NCBI GenBank assembly: GCA_045646345.1
Contig: JAZRKN010000001.1
Span: 224,001-288,000 of the forward strand
DNA length: 64,000 nucleotides
From: Candidatus Scatovivens sp.
GTDB taxonomy: Bacteria > Bacillota > Clostridia > TANB77 > CAG-508
Direction of reading: 5' to 3'
A program made the translations under genes and the position numbers. Under the pieces are notes generated by a model. It had not been told where the DNA came from. It searched no databases and was given only the letters and a program-made list of their open reading frames with translations. Within the stretch, counting starts at the first letter, position 1; each line of letters begins with the position of its first letter. Of this stretch, positions 1 to 10,057 are shown piece after piece.

Positions 1-2
1 TT

Positions 3-698
3 TCAGCAAGAGTACATATGGACGAATCAAATCCTCATATGCATTTAGTCTACATTCCAGTTGTACATACAGTTGATAAAAACAAAAATGAAATTAGTAA
101 AATTTCTTGCTCTGAATTTTGGAAAGGCAAAAATAGTTACGCAAATCTTCAAGACAATTACCATAAGTATTTAACTAAATGTGGTTTTAATTTAGAACGT
201 AGCAGAAACGTCGAGAATACACATTTAGCCATTAAAGACTTAAAGGTAATAACTAACTTTGAAGAACAACAATTTCTTAAAAAATCATCTCCTCACATTG
301 AGGAAATGATTTCTAGTGATAATGTCGCAGAAATTAAAGAACATTATAAAAAGGTTATTCGTAAATACAACACTCTTTCACAACAATACATCAAAGTAAA
401 AGCGATTAACGAAACTAATCAAAAATCACTAGACGATTTAAACCATAAATGTTCTACCTTGGAACATAAATGTTCAAAACTTGAAAAGACTTGTAAAAAA
501 CTTAACAATTATATTCAAAAAACATTTGAAACTATAAGTCATTTAATTGGTTGGTCTATCAAACAATTAAAACAAGTTGTAAATGAACACATTATTGAAG
601 AAAGACAACAAGAACTCGAAGAAGAATTACAAGAAGAACTACTTCAAGATAATGAAACTAATCTAATTGATACAAAAGAAAGATATTTTAAAAATTAG
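3..698 (+). CDS. Plasmid recombination enzyme / MobV (Mob_Pre) relaxase, 5' part outside window
   Basis: Frame is open from the window start; VHMDESNPHMH matches the HxDExxPHxH MobV motif; C-terminal coiled coil. Confidence 0.85.
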   Translation, partial: SARVHMDESNPHMHLVYIPVVHTVDKNKNEISKISCSEFWKGKNSYANLQDNYHKYLTKCGFNLERSRNVENTHLAIKDLKVITNFEEQQFLKKSSPHIEEMISSDNVAEIKEHYKKVIRKYNTLSQQYIKVKAINETNQKSLDDLNHKCSTLEHKCSKLEKTCKKLNNYIQKTFETISHLIGWSIKQLKQVVNEHIIEERQQELEEELQEELLQDNETNLIDTKERYFKN

Positions 699-720
699 AA
701 AGGTTTAAAGGTGATAAATT

Positions 721-1956
721 ATGGATAATAAAAGAAAAAATAAAAGTAACAATTTAGGATTAGGGTCAGTATTTTATAATAAACAAAGAGACACTTGGAC
801 TTGTGCTTATTATGTTACTGACTTTAAAACTGGCGAAAAGAAACGTTGTAAAAAAACATTTAAAACAAAAGAAAAAGCTGAACAATTTTATGAAGAACAG
901 GCTATGCAAAAGAATTCAACTTTGTATATTGAATATAACGGAATATTTCTTGGAAAGTTAATTGAATTTTTACTTGATAAAAAATATACCTCAAACTTAA
1001 TTACTGATAGAGGTTATGCTAGAACCAAAGATACAATAAGAATAATAAATCAATGTTATTTAGCTAATAAAAAAATAGATGAAATTAATAGCGAAGAATT
1101 ACAAGGCTATTTTAATTCATTAACTGAACATTACAGTAATTCTTCTATTCAAAAAATATTTTTCCAAGTGAAAAATGCTTTTGAATATTCTTTAAATAAA
1201 GGTTTTATTCATGAAAATCCAATGCTTGAAGTATTAAAACCTAAAAGTAAAAAAGAAGACAAAGTATTTCATGCCTTACAAGTAGATGAACAAAAGATAT
1301 TAACTGAATACATTGCCTCTTTAACACCTGAAGAAATGCCATATAAAAATTGTATTCTTTTAGAATTATATATGGGACTTCGTGTTGGTGAAGCATTAGC
1401 TCTACAAATTGGCGACATTAATCTTCAAAGAAATATAATCTCTATTAATAAAACTCTAACAACAGACATTGATAATCAAGTGTGTATAGGTTCAACTACA
1501 AAAACTTATGCTGGTCAAAGAGAACTACCTATTCCCGACTTTATGAGAGATTTTATTATAGAACAAATTGAAATTGCAAAAGAACATAAAAATCATATGC
1601 TATTTACTACTCCTGAAGGTCGACTTGTTCTTAATTCAACAGTAAATAGACAACTTAAAAATGTTGCAAAACAATTAGGTATTGAAACTCCTATTTCTAC
1701 TCACGTTTTAAGACATACTTATGGTACGCGTTGCATTGAATCTGGTATGAGAGCTGTTGCTCTACAAAGATTAATGGGTCATACTGACATAACAATTACA
1801 CTTAATACATATACTTCTATTTTTAATAAATATAAACTAGAAGAAATAGAAAAAGTAAACGATTACTTTATTAATAATAACATTTTAAATAATCGTTCTA
1901 CCTTCAAAATTGGTGATGGAAAAAATCAAGAAAATGATTTAGAAATCACTAGATAA
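721..1956 (+). CDS. Tyrosine recombinase / site-specific integrase
   Basis: GLRVGE (catalytic R), TKT (K), HVLRHTY, LMGH, and TLNTY (Y); N-terminal arm-binding-like segment. Confidence 0.95.
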   Translation: MDNKRKNKSNNLGLGSVFYNKQRDTWTCAYYVTDFKTGEKKRCKKTFKTKEKAEQFYEEQAMQKNSTLYIEYNGIFLGKLIEFLLDKKYTSNLITDRGYARTKDTIRIINQCYLANKKIDEINSEELQGYFNSLTEHYSNSSIQKIFFQVKNAFEYSLNKGFIHENPMLEVLKPKSKKEDKVFHALQVDEQKILTEYIASLTPEEMPYKNCILLELYMGLRVGEALALQIGDINLQRNIISINKTLTTDIDNQVCIGSTTKTYAGQRELPIPDFMRDFIIEQIEIAKEHKNHMLFTTPEGRLVLNSTVNRQLKNVAKQLGIETPISTHVLRHTYGTRCIESGMRAVALQRLMGHTDITITLNTYTSIFNKYKLEEIEKVNDYFINNNILNNRSTFKIGDGKNQENDLEITR

Positions 1957-1965
1957 AATTACTAC

Positions 1966-1996
1966 AAAAAACGCACTCAAATTGAGTGCGTTTTTT
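1966..1996. terminator. Bidirectional intrinsic terminator between integrase and convergent cargo gene
   Basis: AAAAAACGCACTCAA-A-TTGAGTGCGTTTTTT perfect inverted repeat. Confidence 0.85.
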
Positions 1997-2005
1997 ATAT
2001 AATTA

Positions 2006-2629
2006 TTAATTAACAATATATTTTTTAATTTCTTCAAATATATCTTTTGTTTTGGGATTATATTTATGATTATCTGCATAAGAAAAAAAGTCATTTGATT
2101 GTTTAGTAAAATCATTAGCCATATTATTTGTTTCAGTAACAAAATTAGGGTCTTTAACATTATCTAAAAAATTATAAAATATCTTTCTTGTAAATTTCAA
2201 ATCTTTAAAATATAAATCATATGTGTCTCTTAACTCAATTGCAATCATATCTCTTGTTATTTCATTTTCTAAAGCAATATAATTATCCAAATTAGCAACA
2301 TCTATATTTAATTGATCATCTGCTGTATAATCAATGTTAAACATATCTGTTGTTTGAATTATATTGGTAGCTTTTGAAGTTATATTTATTACTCTATCCA
2401 TTCCTTTTCCAGCTCTAGTGCTAAAAATCTCAGTTATTAACTCTTGTACTATTATTTTATTATTTTCATTATTTTTTTTATTTACATATTCATAAGCCTT
2501 TATATATTCTCCATTTTTTAAATATCCAATAGCTTTATTTAATTCTATTTGTGGTTTTAATGCTATTGATATTATTACACCTATTATCACAAAAACACTA
2601 ATACTTATAATTATAATTTTCTTTTTCAT
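2006..2629 (-). CDS. Hypothetical protein with N-terminal membrane anchor (element cargo)
   Basis: GGAGG RBS; MKKK plus hydrophobic helix; no family recognised. Confidence 0.75.
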   Translation of the reverse strand: MKKKIIIISISVFVIIGVIISIALKPQIELNKAIGYLKNGEYIKAYEYVNKKNNENNKIIVQELITEIFSTRAGKGMDRVINITSKATNIIQTTDMFNIDYTADDQLNIDVANLDNYIALENEITRDMIAIELRDTYDLYFKDLKFTRKIFYNFLDNVKDPNFVTETNNMANDFTKQSNDFFSYADNHKYNPKTKDIFEEIKKYIVN

Positions 2630-2703
2630 TTTATTCCTCCAATCTTTTCATACATTTTATTATATCGTATCATAATTTTTTATATAAATAATTTTTGTAA
2701 TTG

Positions 2704-2925
2704 TTATTTATTAGCAATTTTTATAACAACATCTCCAACTTTTTTTGCAACATTTGTTATTTGCTTTCCGTGTTTTTTTACTACTGTTCCAACAGTAATT
2801 GCTCCAACAAAAACACCACCAACTTTAATATTTCTTTTTATTAAGCAAGCGGGACATTTCTTATTATCTTCTGTATCATAAAAAATTCTTCCACATTTAC
2901 ATTCTTTTTTAACTTTCATTTTCAC
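2704..2925 (-). CDS. Small protein with CxC...CxxC zinc-ribbon-like N-terminus and Gly-rich hydrophobic helix (cargo)
   Basis: CKC and CPAC; VGGVFVGAITVGTVV; GGAGG RBS inside the upstream gene, which it overlaps. Confidence 0.7.
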   Translation of the reverse strand: MKMKVKKECKCGRIFYDTEDNKKCPACLIKRNIKVGGVFVGAITVGTVVKKHGKQITNVAKKVGDVVIKIANK

Positions 2926-4006
2926 AATCCTCCACAGACACAGTATATAAATATTTTTTGTTATTTTTAAACTTATCTAACATTTGTTGTTTTATACTAG
3001 GATTTGATATCACTTCTACATTTTCTTTAAATTTTTCCCAAAAATTCATATTACTTTTATTATATGGATAATAATTTTGTAATAATTCTATTGCAGAAAG
3101 CCCTTTTTTAGATATAGGATTAGTTATAAATCTATTTAAAACACTTTTAAACATTTTCATTGCTTGCTCTTTATATTGATATTCTTCCATATAATCTAAT
3201 AATTGTAATTTAACACCATTATATTTAGTTACTAATTGCAAATCTTGTACTAAATATTTCATTGCATTTTCAACATTTCCATTTAACTTACTCAATGGAT
3301 TTTCTAATTCTTTTGCAAATAATTTAGATGTAGTTTCTAAATCTGTATAAATCGCATGAATAGCTGTTGTTATTCTTATATCAGCTTCGTTTAATAATGA
3401 TTTTCTTTCATTAAAATCATTCTTAAGCTCAGCTTTTAATACAAATTCTCTGGCATCTAAAAACGGAACTATCAAATCTCTATTTCTATCAATTTCTATT
3501 TGATAAGTTTGCAACTCACTTAATTCATTTAATTGTGTATATATCTGTTTTAATTGTAATTGTGTAGCAATATTATTCAATGTATTTATATTTTCATCAT
3601 TTGTTTTTATTTTTTTTAATGTAATATCTTTTACTCTTTCATTATTTTCATTAACAATTACTGCTCTTAAATTTCCATCAACCTGTTTTGATTCACCTAT
3701 TTTATAAATTCCTTTTTTTAATTTTGATTTTATTCCACGAGGTAAATTTTCAAAATCAGGAACTAAGGTTATATTTCCTTTAACTGCTATTTCTACATTT
3801 TGAATTACATCAGCTAGAATTGATAAATCCGAAAATGGCATTTTAGTAATTTTTTCAAATTTATTATTTTCTTTCAAAACTAATGACATTTCTTCTATAT
3901 AATTTCCAAAAAAATCACTCATCTTTTCAATGCTAATTCCAGTTCGATCTTCATCTGTTTTAAATATTATTATATCGTGATTATTTTTCTTTTCTAACAA
4001 ATTCAA
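2909..4006 (-). CDS. Hypothetical helical protein, 365 aa (cargo)
   Basis: Long ORF with TTG start and AAGGGGA RBS; no family recognised. Confidence 0.75.
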   Translation of the reverse strand: MNLLEKKNNHDIIIFKTDEDRTGISIEKMSDFFGNYIEEMSLVLKENNKFEKITKMPFSDLSILADVIQNVEIAVKGNITLVPDFENLPRGIKSKLKKGIYKIGESKQVDGNLRAVIVNENNERVKDITLKKIKTNDENINTLNNIATQLQLKQIYTQLNELSELQTYQIEIDRNRDLIVPFLDAREFVLKAELKNDFNERKSLLNEADIRITTAIHAIYTDLETTSKLFAKELENPLSKLNGNVENAMKYLVQDLQLVTKYNGVKLQLLDYMEEYQYKEQAMKMFKSVLNRFITNPISKKGLSAIELLQNYYPYNKSNMNFWEKFKENVEVISNPSIKQQMLDKFKNNKKYLYTVSVEDCENES

Positions 4007-4422
4007 TTAAAATCCCCCTTTATATGTTTTCTATATCGAAAGACATTATTATCATAACATAAAAGCAACTAATATTCAATTAATTACAAATTTCTTATAC
4101 TAATCTTTTTCTACAATAGAACTTGTATTTTTCGCGAATTAATTTTATTTTCTTTTTTGTGTGTACACACATTTTTTGTTAATAGCATTTTTATTCCCAT
4201 TTTTTGTGTGCATATACATTTATTAGGAATATACATCTTTACTTTAATAGTGGATGCTCATTTTTTATTTATTTTTAACGTCATACAACATTTTCTAGCA
4301 CCATTCATTTATATTTTTCTCCCACCTACGCTCCACTTTTTTAAAAAACGAGTAAAAAAATGCAAATTTTACTCACCAAAATGATTTCTGTATTTATTGT
4401 GCCAGTTGAGTTTCCAAGTTCG

Positions 4423-4475
4423 TTGGTCAACAAAACGGTACTTTTTTGGTCAACAGATTTTCATTTGTTGACCAA
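4423..4475. repeat. Three copies of TTGGTCAACA (two direct, one inverted); candidate integrase arm-binding sites
   Basis: Exact 10-mers at 4423-4432 and 4446-4455, inverted at 4466-4475. Confidence 0.65.
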
Positions 4476-4597
4476 TAGGTTTCTCACCACTCAAAATCAT
4501 TGAAAACCATTCAAGACTATTAAACGTAAAAAAGCTGATTTTTCAGCACTTTCAAAACTGTTGAAAAACGTTGAGAAAGGTTGAAAATCAGCCATGT

Positions 4598-4671
<74 letters not shown>

Positions 4672-4686
4672 ATTTCTTATATATTT

Positions 4687-4715
4687 ATTATACACAAAAT
4701 TATTTCTATTTTCAA
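4687..4715 (-). promoter_or_regulatory. Sigma-A promoter of the atypical tRNA-Gly
   Basis: TTGAAA-17 nt-TATAAT. Confidence 0.7.
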
Positions 4716-4782
4716 GTTTTATAAATTACAAACATAATGTTTAGATAAACACAAAAAAACGAGAACCAACTTGGCTCTCGTT

Positions 4783-5226
4783 TTAAAATTCTTTAGAATA
4801 ATAATACATATCTATACATTGCATATTTCCATCCCATATCTCTTCTTTGTAATTATCTACAAAGAAATTTTTTACTGTATGGTGATATCGGGTAAATCCA
4901 TTCAAAACATAAAATGGAATCATATTTTCTGTTGTACCAACAATCATTCTTTTGTAGTGCTTTTTATAAAGTTCAAATACATGTTGTACCATTTTTCCTG
5001 CGTATCCATTTCCTCTAGCTTCCGGTAATGTTGCAATATTCTTAAGTTCACATGTTTGGTCATCATATTTTGTAATAACACAAACACATACTGCTATTCC
5101 ATCATTTTCTCCAACATATAAATCACCTTTTTCTAAATACTGATTTACTATATTTTCATCTGGATCTGCTTCTAATAATATTTTCATATATTCAGTTTTA
5201 TTTTCTTCAACTTTACTTATTTTCAT
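4783..5226 (-). CDS. GNAT family N-acetyltransferase
   Basis: ELKNIA...RGNGYA acetyl-CoA motif A; FYxxxGF motif. Confidence 0.9.
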   Translation of the reverse strand: MKISKVEENKTEYMKILLEADPDENIVNQYLEKGDLYVGENDGIAVCVCVITKYDDQTCELKNIATLPEARGNGYAGKMVQHVFELYKKHYKRMIVGTTENMIPFYVLNGFTRYHHTVKNFFVDNYKEEIWDGNMQCIDMYYYSKEF

Positions 5227-5232
5227 GTTTTA

Positions 5233-5892
5233 TTAAATTTGTCCCTTATATTTAGTTTTGTATCCAGGATTTTCTTCAGGTCTTAATGCATTTGGATATT
5301 CAATATCTGTTTGAATATCCAAAACTGTTTTTTGTAATCTTGTATATATTTCATATGGATTTTCTAAGTCAAACATTGCTAAACGACCACTAGAACTTGA
5401 AGAATTATTTTGACTCAAATCAAGATCAAAATATATATCACCTACGCCTAACGTAGCATCAACTATACCCTTTATTAAAGTTACATTTCTTATTTCTTTA
5501 TAATAAACAGTTTTTACATCTACTCCCCAAATTCCTGTTTTTAATAATATTCTTCTATCTGTTACAAGATATTCTGTATTTTCCCATCTAATTCTAGCAG
5601 TTAAAATATTTCCTAACCACATCCAAAATGGCATCAAATGTATCGCCATAAATGGAATTAGAAAGAACAAAGGAGCAACCATGTCAGTTGCATTAATAGA
5701 AGAAACTATTATAGTAGCATCTATTGTAAACCACAGCAATGCAAATATAGTAAATGGTGTAAAAATACAATTAAGAAAATATGCTTTTCTACTAGGTTTT
5801 CCCTTCCAAATTACAGTTTCATCTTCAATCAACATATCTTCTATTCTAGCTTCTTCATATTGACTATTATAATAACGATCATATTTATTCAT
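5233..5892 (-). CDS. Membrane protein with bacterial PH domain
   Basis: Two TM helices followed by YLVTDRRILLKTG...GVGDI. Confidence 0.75.
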   Translation of the reverse strand: MNKYDRYYNSQYEEARIEDMLIEDETVIWKGKPSRKAYFLNCIFTPFTIFALLWFTIDATIIVSSINATDMVAPLFFLIPFMAIHLMPFWMWLGNILTARIRWENTEYLVTDRRILLKTGIWGVDVKTVYYKEIRNVTLIKGIVDATLGVGDIYFDLDLSQNNSSSSSGRLAMFDLENPYEIYTRLQKTVLDIQTDIEYPNALRPEENPGYKTKYKGQI

Positions 5893-6031
5893 AATAAACT
5901 CCTATCTTATTTTAATTTATAACTTTTTATAAATTATATATTTAATTTAATAATCTTTCAATATATAATTTTAATTTAATGAAACAAAAAAGCCATCATA
6001 CTAGACTTTTCTAATACAATGACTAATTTTT

Positions 6032-6105
<74 letters not shown>

Positions 6106-6134
6106 ATATTTACTTTTGGTCAAGGAATAATTTT

Positions 6135-6208
<74 letters not shown>

Positions 6209-6231
6209 ATTATTTCCTCTGACAAGTATAA

Positions 6232-6260
6232 ATTATAAAGTATTTAACCTGGTTTGTCAA
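6232..6260 (-). promoter_or_regulatory. Consensus sigma-A promoter for the tandem tRNA-Gly genes
   Basis: TTGACA-17 nt-TATAAT. Confidence 0.85.
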
Positions 6261-6358
6261 TAGAATTTTTAAATTTTTTTAAAATATTTTTATAAAAAAT
6301 AAAAAAAGAAGATTCTTATAAAAAGTATCTTCTTTTCTTATTTTTTTACTTATTTTAA

Positions 6359-6853
6359 TTAAGCTTCTGTTGTTTCAGCTTTTTTTGCTTCTTCAACTTT
6401 TGCTGCTTCTACAGCTTCTGCTACTGATTCTTCTGTAGCTACTTCAGCAACAACTGCTTCACCAGGAACAACTTCTTCTTTAACAACGATTTCTCTGTTT
6501 TCGATTCTTGCTCCAACTTTTTCTTTAGTTTTAGCAGCTTTACCTACTCTATCTCTTAAGTAGTATAATTTAGCTCTTCTAGCTTTACCTACTCTAACTA
6601 ATTCTACTTTTTCGATCATTGGAGAGTGAACTAAGAATGTTTTTTCAACACCTACACCGTAAGAAATTCTTCTTACTGTAAATGTAGCGTTAACTCCTCC
6701 ACCTTGTTTTTTAATTATAATTCCTTCGAAAACTTGGATTCTTTCTTTGTTTCCTTCTTTTATTCTTACGTGAACTCTAACAGTATTACCTACACGTAAT
6801 TCTGGTATTTTATTTTTTAATTGTTCGTGTTCAATTGATTTTAAAATATCCAT
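6359..6853 (-). CDS. rplS: 50S ribosomal protein L19 with Glu/Ala-rich C-terminal extension
   Basis: [22 protein letters not shown]. Confidence 0.98.
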   Translation of the reverse strand: MDILKSIEHEQLKNKIPELRVGNTVRVHVRIKEGNKERIQVFEGIIIKKQGGGVNATFTVRRISYGVGVEKTFLVHSPMIEKVELVRVGKARRAKLYYLRDRVGKAAKTKEKVGARIENREIVVKEEVVPGEAVVAEVATEESVAEAVEAAKVEEAKKAETTEA

Positions 6854-6889
6854 TTTCTTTCCTCCTTCTTTAATAATGGATGAGTATTT

Positions 6890-7612
6890 CTACTCTTTAT
6901 TTTCTAATTCTTCTATTAATTTCATTTCTTCATCAGTTAAATTTACTTTTTTTAAAAGATCTGGTCTTTTTTTATAAGTTACCTTTATAGCTTCTCTTCT
7001 TCTCCATTTATTTATATTTTCATGGTGACCTGATTGTAGAACTTCAGGAACTTTCATTCCTTCAAATTCTTCTGGTCTTGTATACTGTGGATATTCTAGA
7101 AGACCTCCAGAAAAGCTTTCTTCTGAAGTTGATTCTCCAGTTATAACTCCATCAATATATCTTGCCACACTATCAATTAATACCATTGCTGGTATTTCAC
7201 CTCCAGTTAATACATAATCTCCGATTGAAATTTCTTCATCTACAATTTTATCTATTACCCTTTGGTCAATTCCTTCATAGTGACCACACAATAAAATTAA
7301 ATGTTCTTCTGATTTTGCTAATTCTTCGACTTTGCTTTGACAAAGTGTTTTACCTTGTGGTGATAAATATATAACTTTAGATTTTTCACTTTTTACTGAT
7401 TTAAAAGCATCATATACAACATCTGGTTTCATAAGCATTCCAGCTCCACCACCATATACAGTATCATCTACTTTTTTATGCTTATCTTTTGAAAAATCTC
7501 TAATATTTACAAGATTTATCTCCAATAAGTTTTTTTGAATTGCTCTTCCAATTACACTTTGTTTCATTGGTTCGAACATCTCTGGAAAAAGTGTCAGTAC
7601 ATCAAATTTCAT
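6890..7612 (-). CDS. trmD: tRNA (guanine37-N1)-methyltransferase
   Basis: VDDTVYGGGAGM, CGHYEGIDQR, SIGDYVLTGGE. Confidence 0.98.
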   Translation of the reverse strand: MKFDVLTLFPEMFEPMKQSVIGRAIQKNLLEINLVNIRDFSKDKHKKVDDTVYGGGAGMLMKPDVVYDAFKSVKSEKSKVIYLSPQGKTLCQSKVEELAKSEEHLILLCGHYEGIDQRVIDKIVDEEISIGDYVLTGGEIPAMVLIDSVARYIDGVITGESTSEESFSGGLLEYPQYTRPEEFEGMKVPEVLQSGHHENINKWRRREAIKVTYKKRPDLLKKVNLTDEEMKLIEELENKE

Positions 7613-7615
7613 ATT

Positions 7616-8119
7616 TTAAAGTCCTTCTATTAGATTTACTATTATTTTGCCTAATTCTAAATCAATTTGCTTAATAACTTCGTCTATTCCCGGTAAAAGT
7701 TTTTGTTTTCCAAGTTCATCTTTTACAACATAAACATCATTACTTCCTGTTGAAAAAATATCATCTACTTTACCTAAATATTCATTTGATTCTGTATATA
7801 CATCTAATCCAATTAAATCTGCTATGTAATATACACCTTCTGGAAGTTCTCCAAAAATTTCTCTATCTACAACGATATATGAATTTCTTAAAGTTTCAGC
7901 TTCCTCTACAGTATTTATACCTTTAAATTTAATTATTACTTGATTTTTTGCATATCCAACTTTTTCAATTTCATATTCAGTTAAATTTTCTTTTCTTTTC
8001 AAAAAGACTTTTGGTATTCTTTCAAATTTAGTATTGTCATCTGTAAAAGAATTTACTTTCACTTCACCTTTTAAACCTTTTACATTTACTATTTGACCTA
8101 ATTCTAAATATTTATTCAT
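7616..8119 (-). CDS. rimM: 16S rRNA processing protein RimM
   Basis: GLKGEVKV, YYIADLIG, TGSNDVYV; synteny. Confidence 0.96.
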   Translation of the reverse strand: MNKYLELGQIVNVKGLKGEVKVNSFTDDNTKFERIPKVFLKRKENLTEYEIEKVGYAKNQVIIKFKGINTVEEAETLRNSYIVVDREIFGELPEGVYYIADLIGLDVYTESNEYLGKVDDIFSTGSNDVYVVKDELGKQKLLPGIDEVIKQIDLELGKIIVNLIEGL

Positions 8120-8132
8120 ATATTAATCATTC

Positions 8133-8363
8133 CTAATCAAGAAATTCAACATTTACTTTTTTATGTTCTTTTGTAGCAATTGCTTTCATTATTGATCTGA
8201 TTGCTTTTGCCATTTTTCCTTGTTTTCCAATTACTTTGCCCATGTCTTCTTTTGCAACTTTAACTTCATAACAAACAGATTTTGCTTCTGATTTTTCTAT
8301 AATAGATACTTCTTCTTGATTATCTACTAAATTTTTGATTACTACTTCAAGTATATCTTTCAT
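8133..8363 (-). CDS. khpA: KH-domain RNA-binding protein
   Basis: DMGKVIGKQG; lies between rpsP and rimM. Confidence 0.93.
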   Translation of the reverse strand: MKDILEVVIKNLVDNQEEVSIIEKSEAKSVCYEVKVAKEDMGKVIGKQGKMAKAIRSIMKAIATKEHKKVNVEFLD

Positions 8364-8386
8364 ATTTGCACTCTCCTTTGCAATGA

Positions 8387-8623
8387 CTATTTAGCTGCTT
8401 TTTCGATTAAAGCTTTAACTGTATCTGTTGGTTTAGCACCATTTTTGATCCATTTAGCTACTTTTTCGTTATCTAATACGATTGTAGCTGGTTCAGTCAT
8501 AGGATTGTATGTTCCTATTTTTTCAACTATTTTACCATCTCTTGGAGATTTAGAATCAGCAACTACTACGTGGTAGAATGGAGCTTTTTTCTTTCCAACT
8601 CTTTGTAATCTTATTTTTACCAT
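8387..8623 (-). CDS. rpsP: 30S ribosomal protein S16
   Basis: MVKIRL...PFY...PRDG...GTYNP. Confidence 0.98.
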   Translation of the reverse strand: MVKIRLQRVGKKKAPFYHVVVADSKSPRDGKIVEKIGTYNPMTEPATIVLDNEKVAKWIKNGAKPTDTVKALIEKAAK

Positions 8624-8688
8624 AATAATTCACCTCCTGAATTTTTTCATAAATTTATATTAAATTTAAAAATTTAAAAACTTAATAA

Positions 8689-10047
8689 CTAATTAAAATT
8701 TGAGAAATCTTTCAAATCATTCATGTTTAGATTTTTCATCATCTTTTTCATCATGCCTTTATTTGAAGTCATTTCTTTCATCATTTTTTGTGTTAATTCA
8801 AATGATTTCATAAATTTATTTATTTGTTCAACTGTTGTTCCGCTACCTTTAGCAATTCTTAATCTTCTACTTCCATTTAAAACTTTTGGATTTCTTCTTT
8901 CTTCCATTGTCATTGAACAAATAATAGCTTCAACTCTTACAAATTCTTTTTCATCAACTTCGATATCTTTTAGTTGATTCATTCCAGGCAACATTTTTAA
9001 TATTGATGAGAATGAACCCATTTTTTTCATTTGTCTTAGTTGAGTTAAGTAATCGTCTAAGTCAAAGTTTTGTTTTCTTAATTTCTTTTCTAATTTAGCA
9101 GCTTCTTCCATATCGAAAGTTTCTTCTGCTTTTTCTATAATTGAAAGTACATCCCCCATTCCTAAGATTCTTGATGCCATTCTTTCTGGATGAAATACTT
9201 CAATATCACTTAATTTTTCACCTGTTGCTGCAAATTTTATTGGTCTTCCTGTAATTTTCTTTACTGATAATGCAGCACCACCTCTTGTATCACCATCTAA
9301 CTTAGTAAGTACAATTCCGTCTATTCCTAATTCTTGATTAAAAGTATCAGCAATATTAACTGCATCTTGACCAGTCATTGAATCTACTACAAGTAGAATC
9401 TCATGTGGTTTTACATTTGATTTTAAATCTTTCAATTCTTGCATTAGTTCTTCATCAATTTGAAGACGTCCTGCTGTATCTATAATAACAACGTCATTTA
9501 ATTTTGACATTGCTTGAGACATTGCTTGTTTTGCAATTAATTTTACATCCTTAGTAGTCTCATTTGAATATACTGGAATGTCTAATTGTTTACCAACCAC
9601 TTGTAATTGTTTTATAGCTGCTGGTCTATAGACATCGCAAGCAACAAGTAATGGTTTCTTTCCTTGTTTTCTTATAATATTTGCAAGTTTTCCAGCTGTT
9701 GTTGTTTTACCAGAACCTTGAAGACCTACAAGCATTATTACTGTTGGTGGATTTGGTGTAAAATTGATTTTACTTTCTTCTCCACCTAAAAGGCTAACTA
9801 ATTCATCTTTTACAATTTTTACAACTTGTTGACCTGGAGTTAATGATTTTAACACATCTTGGCCTATTGCTTTCTCTTCTATTACTTTAACAAACTCTTT
9901 AACTATTCTATAGTTAACATCTGCTTCTAATAGTGCAAGTTTTACTTCTCTTAAAACATCTTTAAGATCAGCTTCTGTTATTCTTGCTTTTCCTTTTAAT
10001 TTCCTTGTAATTTCTTGTAATCTAGATGATAACCCGTCAAACGCCAT
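8689..10047 (-). CDS. ffh: Signal recognition particle protein
   Basis: GLQGSGKTTT, DTAGR, TKLDGDTRGGAALS, M domain. Confidence 0.98.
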   Translation of the reverse strand: MAFDGLSSRLQEITRKLKGKARITEADLKDVLREVKLALLEADVNYRIVKEFVKVIEEKAIGQDVLKSLTPGQQVVKIVKDELVSLLGGEESKINFTPNPPTVIMLVGLQGSGKTTTAGKLANIIRKQGKKPLLVACDVYRPAAIKQLQVVGKQLDIPVYSNETTKDVKLIAKQAMSQAMSKLNDVVIIDTAGRLQIDEELMQELKDLKSNVKPHEILLVVDSMTGQDAVNIADTFNQELGIDGIVLTKLDGDTRGGAALSVKKITGRPIKFAATGEKLSDIEVFHPERMASRILGMGDVLSIIEKAEETFDMEEAAKLEKKLRKQNFDLDDYLTQLRQMKKMGSFSSILKMLPGMNQLKDIEVDEKEFVRVEAIICSMTMEERRNPKVLNGSRRLRIAKGSGTTVEQINKFMKSFELTQKMMKEMTSNKGMMKKMMKNLNMNDLKDFSNFN

Positions 10048-10057
10048 CTTTTCCTCC

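Larger units (their letters stand above)
1..4597. mobile_element. Right end of an integrative mobilizable element (MobV relaxase + tyrosine integrase + cargo) inserted at the 3' end of a tRNA-Gly
   Basis: Relaxase and integrase in tandem, non-core cargo genes, repeat-rich DNA at 4423-4590 directly abutting the tRNA CCA end; left end is outside the window. Confidence 0.8.

Noticed and set aside
4157-4384. 75-aa plus-strand ORF
   Set aside because: No RBS, Phe/Ile-rich translation of T-rich intergenic DNA; overlaps the palindromic boxes
4783-5226. GNAT as an aminoacyl-tRNA-acetylating toxin because it lies among tRNA-Gly genes
   Set aside because: No RHH antitoxin adjacent; it resembles the common small stand-alone Firmicute GNATs
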